Source: Hyphomicrobiales bacterium (GTDB taxonomy: Bacteria > Pseudomonadota > Alphaproteobacteria > Rhizobiales > JAJFHB01). From it: a DNA stretch of 64,000 nucleotides. The position numbers and the translations under genes were made by a program. Shown here in pieces: positions 50,789 through 62,915 of this stretch. The stretch spans positions 49,839-113,838 of the forward strand of contig JAJFHE010000015.1 of assembly GCA_021775755.1 (NCBI GenBank), read 5' to 3'. Numbering within the stretch: position 1 is the stretch's first letter; the number at the start of each line of letters is the position of its first letter. The notes beneath the pieces are model-generated. The model searched no databases. It was not told the origin of the DNA and saw only the letters and a list, made by a program, of their open reading frames with translations.

Positions 50789-51562
50789 TTATTGATCGAG
50801 ACGCATGGCAAGGCCGGCTGCCGCCATGTGCCGTTTGGCCTGCATGATTTCGTATGTGCCGAAGTGGAAGATCGAGGCAGCGAGGACGGCGCTCGCGCCG
50901 CCATCGCGTACACCCTCGACCAGATGATCGAGCGTGCCGACGCCGCCGCTGGCAATGACCGGAACCGAAACCGCATCGGATATGGCGCGTGTCAGCGTGC
51001 AGTCGAAACCCTCGCCCGTGCCATCGCGGTCCATGGAGGTCAAAAGAATCTCGCCGGCGCCAAGCGACACCACCTGGCGTGCAAACGCGACGGCGTCGAT
51101 GCCCGTGGGCTCTCGGCCGCCATGCGTGAATATTTCCCAGCCTGGGTCGGAGCCGCCGCGCACCTGCTTGGCGTCAACCGCCACAACGATACACTGGGCG
51201 CCGAATTTCTCCGCCGCGCTCGAAACAAATCCGGGATCTTTCACCGCCGCCGTATTGATCGACACTTTGTCGGCACCGGCAAGCAGCAGGCGGCGGATAT
51301 CTTCGACCTCACGCACGCCGCCGCCGACGGTCAGCGGCATGAAGCACTGCTCGGCCGTGCGGCTGACAACATCGAAAATGATGCCGCGGTTTTCATGCGT
51401 TGCCGTGATGTCGAGAAAGCACAGTTCGTCGGCGCCCGCGGCGTCATAGGCACGCGCGCTTTCGACCGGATCGCCGGCGTCACGCAGGTCGACGAAGTTG
51501 ACGCCTTTCACGACGCGGCCGTCCTTGACGTCGAGACAGGGGATAATGCGTACCTTTAGCAC
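50789..51562 (-). CDS. hisF: Imidazole glycerol phosphate synthase cyclase subunit
   Basis: [24 protein letters not shown]. Confidence 0.98.
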   Translation of the reverse strand: MLKVRIIPCLDVKDGRVVKGVNFVDLRDAGDPVESARAYDAAGADELCFLDITATHENRGIIFDVVSRTAEQCFMPLTVGGGVREVEDIRRLLLAGADKVSINTAAVKDPGFVSSAAEKFGAQCIVVAVDAKQVRGGSDPGWEIFTHGGREPTGIDAVAFARQVVSLGAGEILLTSMDRDGTGEGFDCTLTRAISDAVSVPVIASGGVGTLDHLVEGVRDGGASAVLAASIFHFGTYEIMQAKRHMAAAGLAMRLDQ

Positions 51563-52302
51563 CGGCCAATCTCCCGCGCAGCTGCGATTTTCGCAAGCGC
51601 CCCGTTTGCTTCTAGTCTGCCGTCGTAAAGCGCGCGGCCGGAAATTGCACCTTCGAGACCGGCACAGCGCGCCTCGAGCAGCGCCTCGATGTCGGTGATC
51701 GACGCCAGTCCTCCGCTTGCAATCACCGGAATGGAAATCGCGTTGGCGAGCGCGAGCGTTGCGTCAATGTTCAACCCCTCAAGCACGCCATCGCGGTCGA
51801 TATCGGTGTAGATGATCGCGGCGACACCGGCATCGGCAAACCGAGCGGCAATATCCATCGCGGTGAGATCGGAGGTTTCCGCCCAGCCCTCCACGGCGAC
51901 CCGGCCGGACCTCGCGTCGAGCCCCACCGCAACCTGTCCCGGGAAAGCTTTGCAGGCTGCTCTTACAAGATCGGGATCGCGCACCGCGACGGTTCCAAGA
52001 ATGACGCGGGCCAGGCCCTGCGCCAGCCAGTGTTCGATGGTTGCCATATCGCGAATGCCACCACCAAGCTGCACCGGGATGGAGACGGCGGCAATGATGT
52101 CGGCAACGACCTGCGCATTGACCGGCCTGCCGGCAAAGGCGCCGTTCAGATCAACCATGTGGAGGTATTCAAAACCGGTTGTTTCGAATTCCAGGGCCTG
52201 GGCCACCGGATCTGCATTGAACACGGTCGCCTGGTCCATTTCGCCTTTGACGAGGCGCACGCAGGCGCCGTCCTTCAGGTCGATGGCGGGAAACAGGATC
52301 AT
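51556..52302 (-). CDS. hisA: ProFAR isomerase
   Basis: [30 protein letters not shown]. Confidence 0.97.
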   Translation of the reverse strand: MILFPAIDLKDGACVRLVKGEMDQATVFNADPVAQALEFETTGFEYLHMVDLNGAFAGRPVNAQVVADIIAAVSIPVQLGGGIRDMATIEHWLAQGLARVILGTVAVRDPDLVRAACKAFPGQVAVGLDARSGRVAVEGWAETSDLTAMDIAARFADAGVAAIIYTDIDRDGVLEGLNIDATLALANAISIPVIASGGLASITDIEALLEARCAGLEGAISGRALYDGRLEANGALAKIAAAREIGRC

Positions 52303-52949
52303 GGTGCCCACCTCAGAAAGTTTTCGATCAGCTTCAGGCCGAGTTTTTGGCTTTTTTCCGGGTGGAACTGGGTGCCGACCATGTTGCCGCGCGCCACCAT
52401 CGCGGTCAGTTTCGAACCATAATCGGTTGTCGCCACCAGATCGTTCCGGTCTCCGGGCTGCAGATGAAAGGAATGCACGAAGTAGGCGTGCAAGCCGTCA
52501 GGCCCGGTGGTAACTCCCTCAAGCAGCGCGTGAGGCGCTTCCGGCGTCAGCGTGTTCCAGCCCATATGCGGGATCTTGAGGGACGGGTCATCCGGCTCAA
52601 TTGCCACGACGTCTCCGGATATCCAGCCCAAACCCTCGGTCACGCCGAATTCCAGCCCGCGGCTCGCCATCAGCTGCATACCGACGCAAATGCCAAGAAA
52701 CGGGCGGCCTTTTGCCGTGACGGCATCCACAAGCGCTTCTGTCATGCCATCGACCGCCGCAAGGCCCTGTCGGCAATCGGCAAAGGCGCCGACGCCCGGC
52801 AGCACCACGCGGTCGGCGGCTGCGACCACATCGGGATCGCCGGTCACCGTAATGTCGGCGGATATGCCCGCCTCGGCGGCGGAGCGCTCGAACGCCTTGG
52901 AGGCTGAGCGCAGATTGCCCGAGCCGTAATCGATGATTGCGACTTTCAT
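52299..52949 (-). CDS. hisH: Imidazole glycerol phosphate synthase glutaminase subunit
   Basis: [26 protein letters not shown]. Confidence 0.97.
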   Translation of the reverse strand: MKVAIIDYGSGNLRSASKAFERSAAEAGISADITVTGDPDVVAAADRVVLPGVGAFADCRQGLAAVDGMTEALVDAVTAKGRPFLGICVGMQLMASRGLEFGVTEGLGWISGDVVAIEPDDPSLKIPHMGWNTLTPEAPHALLEGVTTGPDGLHAYFVHSFHLQPGDRNDLVATTDYGSKLTAMVARGNMVGTQFHPEKSQKLGLKLIENFLRWAP

Positions 52950-53455
52950 GCCGCGCCGCCGGGAGCTGGAAACAAGCCGGCCGCATCCTCGCGCCGCGGC
53001 GGCAGCACCGTGCGGCCAGGGACATTGGCCGACATCGGTGAGCTGTCACCGGCAGTTTGCGGAGCGCCAACGTCTTCGGCGAGGGCTTCGAGATAGCGTT
53101 GTTCCGCCGCACCCATTCCTTTTGCCATGACAACCGCAATCTCGGCGTGACCGCGGCCGCGCAGGGTCCAGCGTTTCAGATCGTTTGCAAAAAGGCCCGA
53201 TCCTGCATGAACCGTCAGCATCACGCATGCGGCAACGAATCCCGAAAGACCCGCCGCGGCGATGACGGCGATCAGCCCGACCCATATCAAAACGTAGAGC
53301 ACGACGACAAGCCACAAGCCGTTCAATAGAAACCACAACAACGGAAACACCAGGGCCGGCCAGCAAAAACCTTCCTTGACGAATGTCAGGCGCTCGACGG
53401 TGGCGCGTATTTCAGCCGAGTTCTGAGCCGGATGATGGACAGTGAAAATGGTCAT
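52946..53455 (-). CDS. DUF2628-like membrane protein
   Basis: [17 protein letters not shown], two TM segments, AEQRY; between hisB and hisH. Confidence 0.75.
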   Translation of the reverse strand: MTIFTVHHPAQNSAEIRATVERLTFVKEGFCWPALVFPLLWFLLNGLWLVVVLYVLIWVGLIAVIAAAGLSGFVAACVMLTVHAGSGLFANDLKRWTLRGRGHAEIAVVMAKGMGAAEQRYLEALAEDVGAPQTAGDSSPMSANVPGRTVLPPRREDAAGLFPAPGGAA

Positions 53456-53478
53456 AATCGAATCGTCTTGCTTCTCGC

Positions 53479-54072
53479 CTAACCGCCCAGCGTACCCTTG
53501 GTCGAGGGCACCTGATCGGCGCGGCGCGGATCGATTTCCATGGCGGCGCGCAGGGCTCGCGCGAGCCCCTTGTAACATGCCTCGACAATGTGATGCGTGT
53601 TGTCGCCGTAGAGACACTCGACATGCAGTGTGATGCCGGAATTCTGCGCAAATGCATGAAACCATTCGCGGAAAAGCTCCGTGTCCATGTCGCCGAGCTT
53701 GGCCGCCGGCAGATCGACATTCCACACGAGATATGGCCGGCCGGAGATATCGAGGGCGATGCGGGTTAGGGTCTCGTCCATAGGCGAATGCACGCTGGCA
53801 TAGCGCGTAATGCCACGGCGGTCGCCGAGCGCCTTGTGAACCGCCTGGCCGATGGCGATGCCTGTATCTTCCGTGGTGTGGTGCATATCGATATGCAGGT
53901 CGCCCGTTGCCTGGACGGTCAGATCAAGCAGGCCGTGACGGGCGACCTGCTCGAGCATATGATCGAGAAATCCGATCCCGGTGGCGATCTCGCAGGCGCC
54001 GGTGCCGTCGAGACCGACCGACACGGAGATGTCGGTTTCGGTTGTCTTGCGGTGGATTTCGGCGCTACGCAT
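53479..54072 (-). CDS. hisB: Imidazoleglycerol-phosphate dehydratase
   Basis: [31 protein letters not shown]; ATG 54072. Confidence 0.97.
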   Translation of the reverse strand: MRSAEIHRKTTETDISVSVGLDGTGACEIATGIGFLDHMLEQVARHGLLDLTVQATGDLHIDMHHTTEDTGIAIGQAVHKALGDRRGITRYASVHSPMDETLTRIALDISGRPYLVWNVDLPAAKLGDMDTELFREWFHAFAQNSGITLHVECLYGDNTHHIVEACYKGLARALRAAMEIDPRRADQVPSTKGTLGG

Positions 54073-54282
54073 TGTGCCGTCACCTTTCAGTTGCAGGCAG
54101 CGCTCGGCGGCCCGGTTCCATGGTCGAGCGCTTTTTATCAGGTGGCGTGCACGAATACCAGTTAACGCGGCCTGCCTTCCTGCGACGTCGTAAATACGAG
54201 GCCCGGTGTGCATGAGGGGCTTTTCTTTGTGATCAGGACCGCTTACATCACCAACCACCGAAGTCGACGAAAAGGCCAAGAC

Positions 54283-54852
54283 GTGAATACGAGCAATCCC
54301 GCCGCAAGCGCTGCAAACTGGCATGGCACAACGATCCTCACCATCCGCAAGGGTGGAAAGGTGGTAATTGTCGGCGACGGACAGGTGAGCCTTGGCGACA
54401 CGGTGATCAAAGGCAATGCGCGCAAGGTCCGCCCGCTCGGCCAGGGAAACGTGATTGCCGGTTTTGCCGGGGCCACCGCGGACGCTATGACACTGTTTGA
54501 GCGGCTCGAGGCAAAACTCGAGCAGTATCCCACGCAGCTTGCGCGTGCCTGTGTCGAACTTGCCAAGGACTGGCGCACGGACCGCTATCTGCGGCGGCTT
54601 GAGGCGATGATGATTGTGGCGGATGCCTCCGACAGTCTGGTGCTGACCGGTACCGGCGATGTGCTGGAACCCGAAGGCGGCCTGATCGGCATCGGATCAG
54701 GCGGAAATTATGCGATGGCAGCAGCACGGGCTCTCATCGACACCGAACTCGGCGCGGAAGACATCGCCCGCAAGGCCATGGCGATTGCCGCGGAAATCTG
54801 CATTTACACGAATAACAACATAACCATCGAAAAACTGGACGCTGGCGCCTGA
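54283..54852 (+). CDS. hslV: ATP-dependent protease peptidase subunit HslV
   Basis: [38 protein letters not shown]; start estimated at GTG 54283. Confidence 0.96.
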   Translation: MNTSNPAASAANWHGTTILTIRKGGKVVIVGDGQVSLGDTVIKGNARKVRPLGQGNVIAGFAGATADAMTLFERLEAKLEQYPTQLARACVELAKDWRTDRYLRRLEAMMIVADASDSLVLTGTGDVLEPEGGLIGIGSGGNYAMAAARALIDTELGAEDIARKAMAIAAEICIYTNNNITIEKLDAGA

Positions 54853-54904
54853 GCGCGTGGGCCCGGTATCGATGCCTTTCGAACACGCGACATGAGGCGC
54901 ATGA

Positions 54905-56212
54905 ATGACTGATTTCTCACCGCGCGAGATCGTTTCCGAACTCGACCGCTTCATTATCGGGCAAGGCGACGCCAAGCGCGCCGTTGCCATCGCGCTGCGC
55001 AACCGCTGGCGCCGCAAACAGCTGGACGACCTCATGCGTGAGGAAGTGCTGCCGAAGAACATCTTGATGATCGGGCCGACGGGCGTCGGCAAAACCGAAA
55101 TTGCCCGGCGGCTCGCCAAACTTGCAAACGCGCCATTCATCAAGGTTGAAGCGACGAAGTTTACCGAAGTCGGCTATGTGGGCCGCGATGTCGAACAGAT
55201 GATCCGTGACCTCATGGAAGTGGCGCTGGCCATCGTGCGCACCGGCAAGCGCAAGCAGGTCGAGGCTGCCGCCCATTTGCAGGCGGAGGAGCGGGTCGTC
55301 GATGCTTTGGTTGGCGACAGCGCCAGCGCTTCCACCCGCGAATCGTTTCGCAAGAAGTTGCGCACCGGCGAGCTCGACGACAAGGAAATCGAAGTACAAG
55401 TGGCCGATACCGGCGGCGGCATGCCGGCGTTTGAAATACCCGGCATGCCGGGTGCGCAGATGGGCATGGTCAATCTCAACGACATGCTCGGCAAGGCGTT
55501 TGGCGAGCGAACGAAAACGAAACGTACAACGGTGCGTGAAAGCTACGAACTGCTGATTGCCGAAGAGTCCGACAAGCTGCTTGATGAAGATCAGCTGGTT
55601 CAGGAGGGCATATCGCTCGTTGAAAACAACGGCATCGTTTTCATCGACGAGATCGACAAGATCTGCGCGCGTTCGGAACGCACCGGCGGCGATGTGAGCC
55701 GCGAGGGCGTACAGCGCGACCTGCTGCCGCTCATTGAGGGCACGACGGTGAGCACGAAATACGGACCTGTGCGCACTGACCATATTCTGTTTATTGCCTC
55801 CGGCGCGTTCCACCTCGCCAAGCCCTCAGACCTTCTTCCCGAGTTGCAGGGCCGCCTGCCGATCCGGGTCGAGCTGAGGGCCCTTAGCAAGGAAGACTTC
55901 AGGCGTATCCTGACCGAGCCCGAGGCAAGCCTGATCAAGCAGTATGTGGCGCTGCTCGGAACCGAGGATGTGACCCTTGAGTTCACCGAAGATGGTATCG
56001 AGGCGATCGCCAACATCGCGGCCGACATCAATTCGACCATCGAGAATATCGGCGCGCGGCGTCTGCACACCGTAATCGAGCGGGTGCTCGACACGATCAG
56101 CTTCGATGCCACCGACAAGCCGGACACGGCGGTTACCATCGATAAGGATTATGTCCAGGAGCACGTGGGTGATCTGGCGAAAGATGCCGACCTGTCGCGG
56201 TTTATCCTCTGA
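54905..56212 (+). CDS. hslU: ATP-dependent protease ATPase subunit HslU
   Basis: [23 protein letters not shown]-terminal DLSRFIL. Confidence 0.98.
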   Translation: MTDFSPREIVSELDRFIIGQGDAKRAVAIALRNRWRRKQLDDLMREEVLPKNILMIGPTGVGKTEIARRLAKLANAPFIKVEATKFTEVGYVGRDVEQMIRDLMEVALAIVRTGKRKQVEAAAHLQAEERVVDALVGDSASASTRESFRKKLRTGELDDKEIEVQVADTGGGMPAFEIPGMPGAQMGMVNLNDMLGKAFGERTKTKRTTVRESYELLIAEESDKLLDEDQLVQEGISLVENNGIVFIDEIDKICARSERTGGDVSREGVQRDLLPLIEGTTVSTKYGPVRTDHILFIASGAFHLAKPSDLLPELQGRLPIRVELRALSKEDFRRILTEPEASLIKQYVALLGTEDVTLEFTEDGIEAIANIAADINSTIENIGARRLHTVIERVLDTISFDATDKPDTAVTIDKDYVQEHVGDLAKDADLSRFIL

Positions 56213-56220
56213 TAAGCTGC

Positions 56221-56580
56221 CTAACGCGTGCTTTCGTTGAGCTGGTGCAGCAAGGATTGGAGCTCGTGCTCGGTGAGATCCGATATCTGGGTGGCCAGCC
56301 GGTTCGCGACTTCGGTCGCGTGCGGGTGAAGGCCGGCAGTGTTTACGGTGACGCGCGGATTGGAAATCTGAGCCAGCCTTTGCAGCTCTTCCGCATCGTC
56401 CCAGATCACATTGAAATATTCGATCACGCGCTGAACGAAAGCCCAGCTCGGCTTGCCCCGGTGACCATGCTCGAGTGCTGAGAGATAGGCGCCCGATACA
56501 TCCAACGCCGATGCCATCTCTTTCATTGTTACACCGCGGGCCTCACGCAATGCCCGCACTTTGGCACCAAAAGGTGTCAT
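56221..56580 (-). CDS. XRE-family HTH regulator
   Basis: MTPFG, VSGAYLSALEHG; conserved neighbour of smr. Confidence 0.88.
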   Translation of the reverse strand: MTPFGAKVRALREARGVTMKEMASALDVSGAYLSALEHGHRGKPSWAFVQRVIEYFNVIWDDAEELQRLAQISNPRVTVNTAGLHPHATEVANRLATQISDLTEHELQSLLHQLNESTR

Positions 56581-56610
56581 GGTCTCGACTTGCCCCCAAG
56601 TCTTAAATGG

Positions 56611-57252
56611 TTAAACGCGCCTTGGTTTCCGCAGTCTCACATAAAATGCGCCGCCACCGCCATGACGCGGGTGCGCAGGTTGATATCCAGATACCATGAC
56701 GCGGAATTCCGGCTCTTCCAGCCACTGCGGCAGTGCGCGCCGAAGTACACCTTCGCGTTCCGGCATATCTACGTAGTTGTAGCCGTGCAACGTGTGTCTT
56801 GCAACAGGTGCACGACCTTTTCCGGTTATGACGAGGACGGTACGATGCCCGGACTTGCGCGCCCGTAAGATAAATCCACGCAGCGCGGAGCGCGCGTCTT
56901 GCCGTCCCATGCCGTGCAGGTCGAGCCGTGCGTCGACCTCGACGCTCCCGCGTACAAACTTTTGCCGGGTACGCCGGTCAAGACCGGTCATCGGCATGGC
57001 AACGGGCGCGGGCGCCGCCGGGGCATGGACCGCCGGAGCAATCGGCCGGTGTTTGACGCTATTGCGTTTTGGCGATTTCGGTGGCGACGATGATTTCTGC
57101 CCTGGCTCCGTTTTACTGCCCGGGTCGGCTGCCTGGTAGCGCCGCGGCTGGTCCTTCAACGGCTCGACGGTGCGCGTGACCGTGTGCCACAGCTCAAAAT
57201 CATCCGGCAGCGGCGTGTTCCCAGCGGTTTTCGATTTGGATTTGCGGGTCAT
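56611..57252 (-). CDS. Smr/MutS2 domain protein
   Basis: LDLHGM, VLVITGKG, HGGGGAFYV. Confidence 0.92.
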   Translation of the reverse strand: MTRKSKSKTAGNTPLPDDFELWHTVTRTVEPLKDQPRRYQAADPGSKTEPGQKSSSPPKSPKRNSVKHRPIAPAVHAPAAPAPVAMPMTGLDRRTRQKFVRGSVEVDARLDLHGMGRQDARSALRGFILRARKSGHRTVLVITGKGRAPVARHTLHGYNYVDMPEREGVLRRALPQWLEEPEFRVMVSGYQPAHPRHGGGGAFYVRLRKPRRV

Positions 57253-57263
57253 GACTCCACCGC

Positions 57264-58535
57264 CTATTTGAGCGGCTCATCATCGCGCGTCGATGAGGCC
57301 GCCGGCGCCTGTTCAGGAGCGGGCGCCGCACCGGGCGCAACGGATTGCGGCACCGCCGATCGACGTGGTACCAGCACGACGAGCCGGCCTTCCTGTTTCA
57401 TGAGGCCGGCAATTTCGCCCGCCTCGCTGCCGGTTCCGACAAAAACATCGCCGCGGACCGCGCCGGTTATGGCCGATCCGGTATCCTGGGCCACCATCAG
57501 ATGATTGAACGGCCGCGCCCGCGATCCATCGCGCGTGGGCAGGGTTGTTTCAAGCCACATGGGCAATCCGTAAGAGTACACCCGCTTGTCGACGGCAAGA
57601 CTGCGGCCCGGTGTCAAACCGACACCTTCCGCGCCCGGAGGCCCAATGCCCGGTTCACCAGCCTCGCTCTCCTGGAAAAAAATAAACGAGTCGTTCTTCC
57701 ACAGCAGCGTGTCGACCTGATCGGGATGCGCTTCGAGCCACGACCGTATGGCCTGCATCGACATGTTTTCCGCCGTGATCTCGCCACTTTGAATGAGCGC
57801 GCGTCCGACCGGGAAATATTCATGGCCGTTTTTCGCGGCAAAGGAGATCTTCAGATGCCCGCCTTCGGCAAGAATGATGCGCGCGGAACCCTGGATATGC
57901 GCGAAAAAGGCATCCACCGGACTGCGCAGGTAGACAATTTCCAGACCGCGTCCCCTGAGTTGCCCGGATTCGATCTCGCGGCGCGTGTAATAAGGCCGAA
58001 GCGAACCGTTGATCCGGCGTCCATAGGTCGAGCCGGAACTGCCGGTGATCCGTTCAAGATCGTTCGGCCGGGCATATATGGGAACGCGATAGTCGCTGCT
58101 CGGTGTACGCGATCCCGGATACTCCGGCTCGAAATATCCGGTGAAGAGCCCTTGCCCGTCGCCACCCTCGCTCACGGCCATGGGTTCGAACTGGCTTTCG
58201 AAAAACGCGCGCGCCGTATTGTCATCCGCCGCCGTGCCGAGTTCCAGTGCGAGGCGGCAGACCTCGCCAACGCGGGCGGCGGGTATGGTTTGCGTACCGG
58301 CGCGCAGGCTCGAACTCGAACGGCTCAGGCGCCGGCACGATCTTTGAAAGGTGCGCAAGGCAAGGCTATGACGGTCATTCGCCCATCCGCTAAGATTTTC
58401 GTAGCTTGTGGCGCGCAGCTCGGCGGCCGGGGTGTCAGACGTTGCGGCGGCCATGGCCAACCCCCACGCAATTGCTGTCATGAAAACCGCGGCGCAATGC
58501 GGCCGTGAACGTTGGGCGCCGCACGGTGTGCTCAT
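57264..58535 (-). CDS. mltA: Membrane-bound lytic murein transglycosylase A
   Basis: FTGYFEP, HIQGS, SLAVD, 3D motif AQDTGSAI.GAVRGDVF. Confidence 0.92.
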   Translation of the reverse strand: MSTPCGAQRSRPHCAAVFMTAIAWGLAMAAATSDTPAAELRATSYENLSGWANDRHSLALRTFQRSCRRLSRSSSSLRAGTQTIPAARVGEVCRLALELGTAADDNTARAFFESQFEPMAVSEGGDGQGLFTGYFEPEYPGSRTPSSDYRVPIYARPNDLERITGSSGSTYGRRINGSLRPYYTRREIESGQLRGRGLEIVYLRSPVDAFFAHIQGSARIILAEGGHLKISFAAKNGHEYFPVGRALIQSGEITAENMSMQAIRSWLEAHPDQVDTLLWKNDSFIFFQESEAGEPGIGPPGAEGVGLTPGRSLAVDKRVYSYGLPMWLETTLPTRDGSRARPFNHLMVAQDTGSAITGAVRGDVFVGTGSEAGEIAGLMKQEGRLVVLVPRRSAVPQSVAPGAAPAPEQAPAASSTRDDEPLK

Positions 58536-58558
58536 AACAAGACAAGAGGCGTTTGCGG

Positions 58559-59269
58559 TCAGTTCGCCGCTTCCGTGGCAACAAGTTTCCAGTTTGGATC
58601 CCTTGACGATAAATCGCGCATGAACGTCCAGATGTCGGTTACTTCACGAACTTTCTTGGGATCACCGTCAATAATCCGGCCCTCACGGTCTTTGGTGGCG
58701 GAAATCAGCTGCGATACAAACTTCACGGTGACATTTGCCGTTTTCGATTTCATCGACGCATCGATGATGGCGGCGCTGTCGATGCCGACAAAACGGGACT
58801 CCACCATTTCACCCCTGGTCTCGCGTTCGGTGATGGCGGTGTCAAATCCCTCCAGCACATCCTCGCCGAGCAGCGAATCGAGAGTATCGCGGTCGCCTTC
58901 GGAAAAAGCGGTCACAATCATTTCATAGGCGGTACGGGCACCTTCCAGAAAAGAATTCGGCTGAAAGCCACGGTCGAGCTGCGAAATGGACGCCAGAACT
59001 TTCGCAAGGTGGGTGCCGCTTTCCGCGACCTCGTCCCACACGCCGGGCTCTGGCGCCTCCGCCTTGCGGCCCTTGCCCGGCAGCGTCACGACATTGCCGG
59101 GATCGTTGGCTTCGGCGGTGTTGTTTTCGGCCGGTTCGGGTGCGCTATAGGGCTCGAACGGCTTGCGTTCGCTTCCCGTGCGGCGCCCGAGCACGCCGCG
59201 CAGCCGCCAGAAAATGACTATGGCAACGGCGAGAATGAGAAGATTGAAGGGATCAAAGGCTTCATTCAT
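58559..59269 (-). CDS. Tim44/TimA-like adaptor protein
   Basis: LRGVLGRRTG, FLEGARTAYEMIV, DIWTF, PNWKLVAT. Confidence 0.9.
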   Translation of the reverse strand: MNEAFDPFNLLILAVAIVIFWRLRGVLGRRTGSERKPFEPYSAPEPAENNTAEANDPGNVVTLPGKGRKAEAPEPGVWDEVAESGTHLAKVLASISQLDRGFQPNSFLEGARTAYEMIVTAFSEGDRDTLDSLLGEDVLEGFDTAITERETRGEMVESRFVGIDSAAIIDASMKSKTANVTVKFVSQLISATKDREGRIIDGDPKKVREVTDIWTFMRDLSSRDPNWKLVATEAAN

Positions 59270-59529
59270 TACGAAATGACCTGTTTCTTGCCGGTTGTGG
59301 CGTTGATGTATGACACCACGTTTCGATAACTGTTACGACCGAATCCAGCATTTCGGCAAGCCCGCATTGTGCAGACCGCCGCGTGGACACATATTAGATG
59401 TTATAATAGTCGCTATTGCGCCCCATTCCAACGTTCTCCTGGTGGACGCGCAATTTGAACTCCCATTACGGCAATCATAGAGCATGATTGCCTATTGTGC
59501 AGCCCTTCGATCAAATCAGGATTCTGAGC

Positions 59530-60087
59530 TTGTATCTTCTGTTGATTTTCATCGCCGTGCCGATCCTTGAAATCGCCGTGTTCATCCAGGTCGGCCAGAT
59601 CATCGGTCTGTGGCCGACGATCGCCTGCATTATTTTAACGGCGGTTGCGGGCACGGCGCTTCTGCGCCGGCAGGGTCTGGCGGTGCTGCAAAAAGCGCAG
59701 GGTGCGCTCGCCGACAATCGCCTGCCGGTCGATTCGGTCCTGCACGGTGCGTTTTTGCTGGTGTCCGGCATTTTGCTGCTGACACCAGGGTTCTTCACTG
59801 ACGCTGTCGGGTTTGCGCTTCTTGTGCCGCCGGTTCGCACTCTGGTGGGGCACTTCATCTGGTCGCGTTTGAAGGACAATGTGCAGGTTTACTCGGCCCG
59901 GCCGGATGGGAGCACAACGCGACACGGCCCGGGCGGCCCGACCGTCATTGACGGCGAAGCGGTTGAAGTCGACGACACCGAAACACGCGGTCGCCCGAAA
60001 TCCGCAAACGGGGCAAACGAAACCGACACCGACGCAAATGCACCGCCCCGGATCGATTCGCCGTGGCGCGGCGACCGTGAACAGTGA
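59530..60087 (+). CDS. fxsA: FxsA family membrane protein
   Basis: PILEI, LLRRQG, LLLTPGFFTD; start estimated at TTG 59530. Confidence 0.9.
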   Translation: MYLLLIFIAVPILEIAVFIQVGQIIGLWPTIACIILTAVAGTALLRRQGLAVLQKAQGALADNRLPVDSVLHGAFLLVSGILLLTPGFFTDAVGFALLVPPVRTLVGHFIWSRLKDNVQVYSARPDGSTTRHGPGGPTVIDGEAVEVDDTETRGRPKSANGANETDTDANAPPRIDSPWRGDREQ

Positions 60088-60202
60088 CGCGGCGGCGCGT
60101 GCTATTGCCCCACTGCAGAAGACATGATAGCCACTCTTCGACCTTCACGCGTGCGGTACCGCTCTGCGACCCACCTACTCTTATCTCTTAAGGAACAAAT
60201 TC

Positions 60203-60715
60203 ATGGCAGATGATCCCAAACAGGCGGGCTCTGACCCGCAGGGTGCGGCAGCAGGGGGAGACGGGCCGGCACCGTCAATGCGCATCGTGGCGCAGTATCT
60301 GAAAGACCTGTCGTTCGAAAACCCCAATGCACCTGAATCCCTGAAGGCCGGCGCGCCCTCGCCGAATGTCGACATATCGGTCAACGTCAATGCGAAGACC
60401 CTGTCGGATACGGATTTCGAGGTCGAGCTGCATCTGGAAACAAAGGCGGCAAACGACGACAAAATCGCGTTTGCCGCGGAGATCATCTACGCTGGTCTTT
60501 TCCACATTGAAAATGTGCCCAAGGAAGCTCTGCATCCGGTCGTGCTGATCGAATGCCCGCGGGTTCTGTTCCCGTTCGCACGGCAAATCCTGGCGCACGC
60601 GACGCAGCAGGGTGGTTTCCCGCCATTGATGCTCGATCCGATTGATTTTGCCGGCATGTACCAGCAGCGTCTGGCGCAGCAGCAGCCCGGCGGCGAACCG
60701 CCTCTGGCGACCTGA
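60203..60715 (+). CDS. secB: Protein-export chaperone SecB
   Basis: QYLKDLSFENPNAP, CPRVLFPFAR, PIDF. Confidence 0.97.
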   Translation: MADDPKQAGSDPQGAAAGGDGPAPSMRIVAQYLKDLSFENPNAPESLKAGAPSPNVDISVNVNAKTLSDTDFEVELHLETKAANDDKIAFAAEIIYAGLFHIENVPKEALHPVVLIECPRVLFPFARQILAHATQQGGFPPLMLDPIDFAGMYQQRLAQQQPGGEPPLAT

Positions 60716-60731
60716 TCAGGCACCAGATCCG

Positions 60732-61424
60732 TCAATCATCGTAGCGCCGCCACACCGCTTCATAACCAAGTGTCGCGACGAATGCGTCGTGTGCCTTTGC
60801 TTCGGCATCACTCAAACGGCCGGGTAAGGGCGAAGGCCGTGGCCTGACCGTGTGTGCGGCGACCGCGTCGTTTTCAACGGCTTCGGGCGTGCTGACCAGC
60901 ACAAGATCGGGTTGCCGGCCCCCGATCAGCTCAAGGTAGACTTCCGCAAGCAACTCCGAGTCGAGCAGCGCGCCGTGTTTCTCACGGCCTGAATTATCGA
61001 CATTGTATCGTCGGCACAGCGCGTCGAGGCTGTTAGAGGCGGCCGGATGCTTGGCGCGCGCAATGGCCAGGGTGTCGAGAACCTGTTCTTCAGGGATTGT
61101 GGCATGTTCGGTGCGTTCTAGCTCGGCGTTCAGAAATCCCATGTCGAAGCTGGCGTTATGGATGACGAGGACCGCGTCATCGATGAATTTCAGGAAGTTT
61201 TCGGCAACTTCGCCGAATTTCGGTTTGTCGGACAGAAATTCTTCCGAAAGGCCATGCACCTCGAACGCCTCCACCGGCATATCGCGTTCGGGGTTGATGT
61301 AAACCTGAAACGTTTCTCCAGTGGCGATATGGTTGAAGAGCTCCACGCAGCCGATTTCGACAACCCGGTCGCCGCCGCGCGGATTGAGACCTGTGGTTTC
61401 TGTATCCAAAACGATTTCACGCAT
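60732..61424 (-). CDS. dnaQ: DNA polymerase III epsilon subunit
   Basis: LDTETTG, HNASFD, HGALLDSELL. Confidence 0.97.
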   Translation of the reverse strand: MREIVLDTETTGLNPRGGDRVVEIGCVELFNHIATGETFQVYINPERDMPVEAFEVHGLSEEFLSDKPKFGEVAENFLKFIDDAVLVIHNASFDMGFLNAELERTEHATIPEEQVLDTLAIARAKHPAASNSLDALCRRYNVDNSGREKHGALLDSELLAEVYLELIGGRQPDLVLVSTPEAVENDAVAAHTVRPRPSPLPGRLSDAEAKAHDAFVATLGYEAVWRRYDD

Positions 61425-61450
61425 GCGCCGACCTCTCCTCTACGTGGAAT

Positions 61451-62065
61451 TTAGCGGCCGGATGTCTGATCCGCCAACTCCGCGCGCAGGGTTTCCACAA
61501 TCGTTTCTACCTGGCGCAAGGCGTCATCGCGGCCCTTGTCGGTCAAAACGACAAAGTCGGCGCGGGCACGTTTTTCCGCATCGGGCATTTGTTTAGCAAG
61601 AATCGCGTCGAGCTTTTCCACCGTCATGCCGTCGCGCTCAAGAACCCTGGCGCGCTGGATTTCTTCCGGCGCGCTCACCACGACGACCCGGTCCGCACGA
61701 TGCTCGGTTTGGGTTTCAAAGAGCAGCGGGATATCCAGGAGCACGATATCGTCACCGGCGTCGTGCGCCTCGCGCAGAAATCGCTGTTCGGCGGCGCGCA
61801 CCAGCGGATGAACGATCGCTTCAAGCCGGGCGAGGGCTTCGCGGTCGCCGAGCACGTATTCTGCCAGGAGGGTGCGGTCGATGGCACCATTCACGACGAC
61901 GCCGGGAAACGCGGCGCCGACCGGCGCAACCGCCGCACCCCCCGCGGCATAGAGTTCATGCACCGTCGCATCGGCATCGAATACCGCGATGCCGAGCCCG
62001 GCAAAGAGTTTCGCCGTTGCCGATTTGCCCATGCCGATGGAACCCGTCAGGCCCAACCGAATCAT
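61451..62065 (-). CDS. coaE: Dephospho-CoA kinase
   Basis: [21 protein letters not shown]; ATG 62065 overlaps the aroE stop. Confidence 0.96.
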   Translation of the reverse strand: MIRLGLTGSIGMGKSATAKLFAGLGIAVFDADATVHELYAAGGAAVAPVGAAFPGVVVNGAIDRTLLAEYVLGDREALARLEAIVHPLVRAAEQRFLREAHDAGDDIVLLDIPLLFETQTEHRADRVVVVSAPEEIQRARVLERDGMTVEKLDAILAKQMPDAEKRARADFVVLTDKGRDDALRQVETIVETLRAELADQTSGR

Positions 62066-62895
62066 AACGACGCCTCTATATCTGAAACGATCAGTGCACG
62101 GAGCTCCTCGGTAACTTCGGGACGCACCCCGAACCACAACTCGAAGCCGCGCACCGCCTGATGCAGCAACATGCCGAGACCGTCAACGACCGGATTTCCT
62201 TTGGCTTGCGCACGCTTCAGGAGTTCCGTCATAAGCGGAGAATAGACAATGTCGTAAACCGGCGCATGAGGCGAAAGACGATCAAGATCGATCGTCAAAG
62301 GAGCGGAGCCCTTCATACCGAGCGTTGTGGTATTGACGAGGAGGCCCGTGCCTTCGAGCCCGAGGTGGCGGTCGGACCAGGAGCGGCAATCAATTGCACC
62401 GCCGATATCCGATGCAAGTTCGCGCGAGCGCTCTTGCGTTCTGTTGAACAGGCGAATTTCCGGTACGCCCGCATCCAGGAGCGCGCCCGCTATGGCCCGC
62501 GCCGCGCCGCCGGCTCCGAGCACCGCGACCGGTCCGCGCGTTGCACTCCAATCCGGGCAGCTGGCTTTTAGATGGGCGAGGAATCCCTCGCCGTCGGTAT
62601 TGGTTCCAAAAAGAGCGCCGTCGCGCGCAAACACGGTGTTTACAGCCTTGAGCCGGCGGGTTGCGTCATCGGCACTGGCCACGGCCTCGAAAACCGCCTG
62701 TTTGTGCGGCACCGTAACGTTGCAGCCGCTGTAGCCCGCGGCAATCAGTCCGGCCAGAAATTCATCCAGTTCTTGAGGTTTAACCGCGTGTTTTTCATAG
62801 ACGCCCCTGATCCCGTACTTATCCAGCCAATGGCCGTGGATAAGGGGAGAGCGCGAGTGGGCGATAGGCCAGCCGATGACACATGCTTTCTTCAC
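62062..62895 (-). CDS. aroE: Shikimate dehydrogenase
   Basis: HSRSP, NVTVPHK, NTDG, GAGGAA, DIVY, MLLHQA. Confidence 0.96.
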   Translation of the reverse strand: MKKACVIGWPIAHSRSPLIHGHWLDKYGIRGVYEKHAVKPQELDEFLAGLIAAGYSGCNVTVPHKQAVFEAVASADDATRRLKAVNTVFARDGALFGTNTDGEGFLAHLKASCPDWSATRGPVAVLGAGGAARAIAGALLDAGVPEIRLFNRTQERSRELASDIGGAIDCRSWSDRHLGLEGTGLLVNTTTLGMKGSAPLTIDLDRLSPHAPVYDIVYSPLMTELLKRAQAKGNPVVDGLGMLLHQAVRGFELWFGVRPEVTEELRALIVSDIEASL

Positions 62896-62915
62896 CGGGG
62901 ATTTCGCCTTTCCGT

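Noticed and set aside
54220-54248. RpoH-like promoter upstream of hslV (CTTTTC-N16-CTTACAT); similarly TTTGAA-N15-TCATAGA at 59454-59481 before fxsA
   Set aside because: Biologically plausible for heat-shock genes but too degenerate to call from sequence alone.
62835-62843. DnaA-box-like CGTGGATAA
   Set aside because: Single 8/9 match inside the aroE coding sequence; no cluster.
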